Below, in pieces: positions 63,871 to 64,000 of a stretch of DNA of 64,000 nucleotides (its first letter is position 1; each line of letters opens with the position of its first letter). This DNA comes from Eledone cirrhosa (taxonomy: Eukaryota). Both the position numbers and the translations under genes were made by a program. The stretch is taken from contig OZ024742.1 of the NCBI GenBank assembly GCA_964016885.1, positions 238,576,001 to 238,640,000 on the forward strand, written 5' to 3'. The notes beneath the pieces are model-generated. The model was not told the origin of the DNA and did not search any database. It saw only the letters and a list, made by a program, of their open reading frames with translations.

Positions 63871-64000
63871 ATCAGGAATACTGATATTTACAATATAGTG
63901 TAAGTTTTATAAATACTAATACATTAAAACATAGGGTTTTCTACGCCTCGAATATGTCTGGCTATTTTTAAATTTTTCTCTCTCTATATCTCTCTATATC
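63871..64000 (+). repeat. Inverted copy of about 61649-61777 (inverted pLTR), continuing off the window
   Basis: Base-for-base reverse complement. Confidence 0.95.

Overview
Eukaryotic, AT-rich genomic DNA. The repeat families resemble those of octopod cephalopods, which is an inference from recalled SINE/LINE motifs. Left third (1-22 kb): the first four coding exons of a minus-strand strawberry-notch (SBNO1-like) gene, all with phase-0 GT-AG introns, and a CpG-retaining promoter region near 19.6-20.6 kb that may be bidirectional. The introns hold piggyBac and pogo-type MITEs, tRNA-SINEs, decayed RTE LINEs and short elements with minimal hammerhead ribozyme motifs. Right two-thirds (24-61 kb): a roughly 37-kb field of giant, strand-polarised (TA)n/(TATG)n arrays. 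It contains more than 15 retro-insertions from at least three RTE subfamilies whose reverse transcriptase carries an inserted PHD-type (C4HC3) finger, plus their partner SINEs, a non-autonomous bipartite RTE, a CR1-like 3' end, a Tc1 IR/DR end, a 200-N gap and a near-identical 3.7-kb tandem duplication. The window ends in a 5'-truncated Penelope-like element (GIY-YIG, hammerhead) with an inverted pseudo-LTR. The long Y/I/C/V/H/T 'ORFs' are translations of microsatellite and are not genes.
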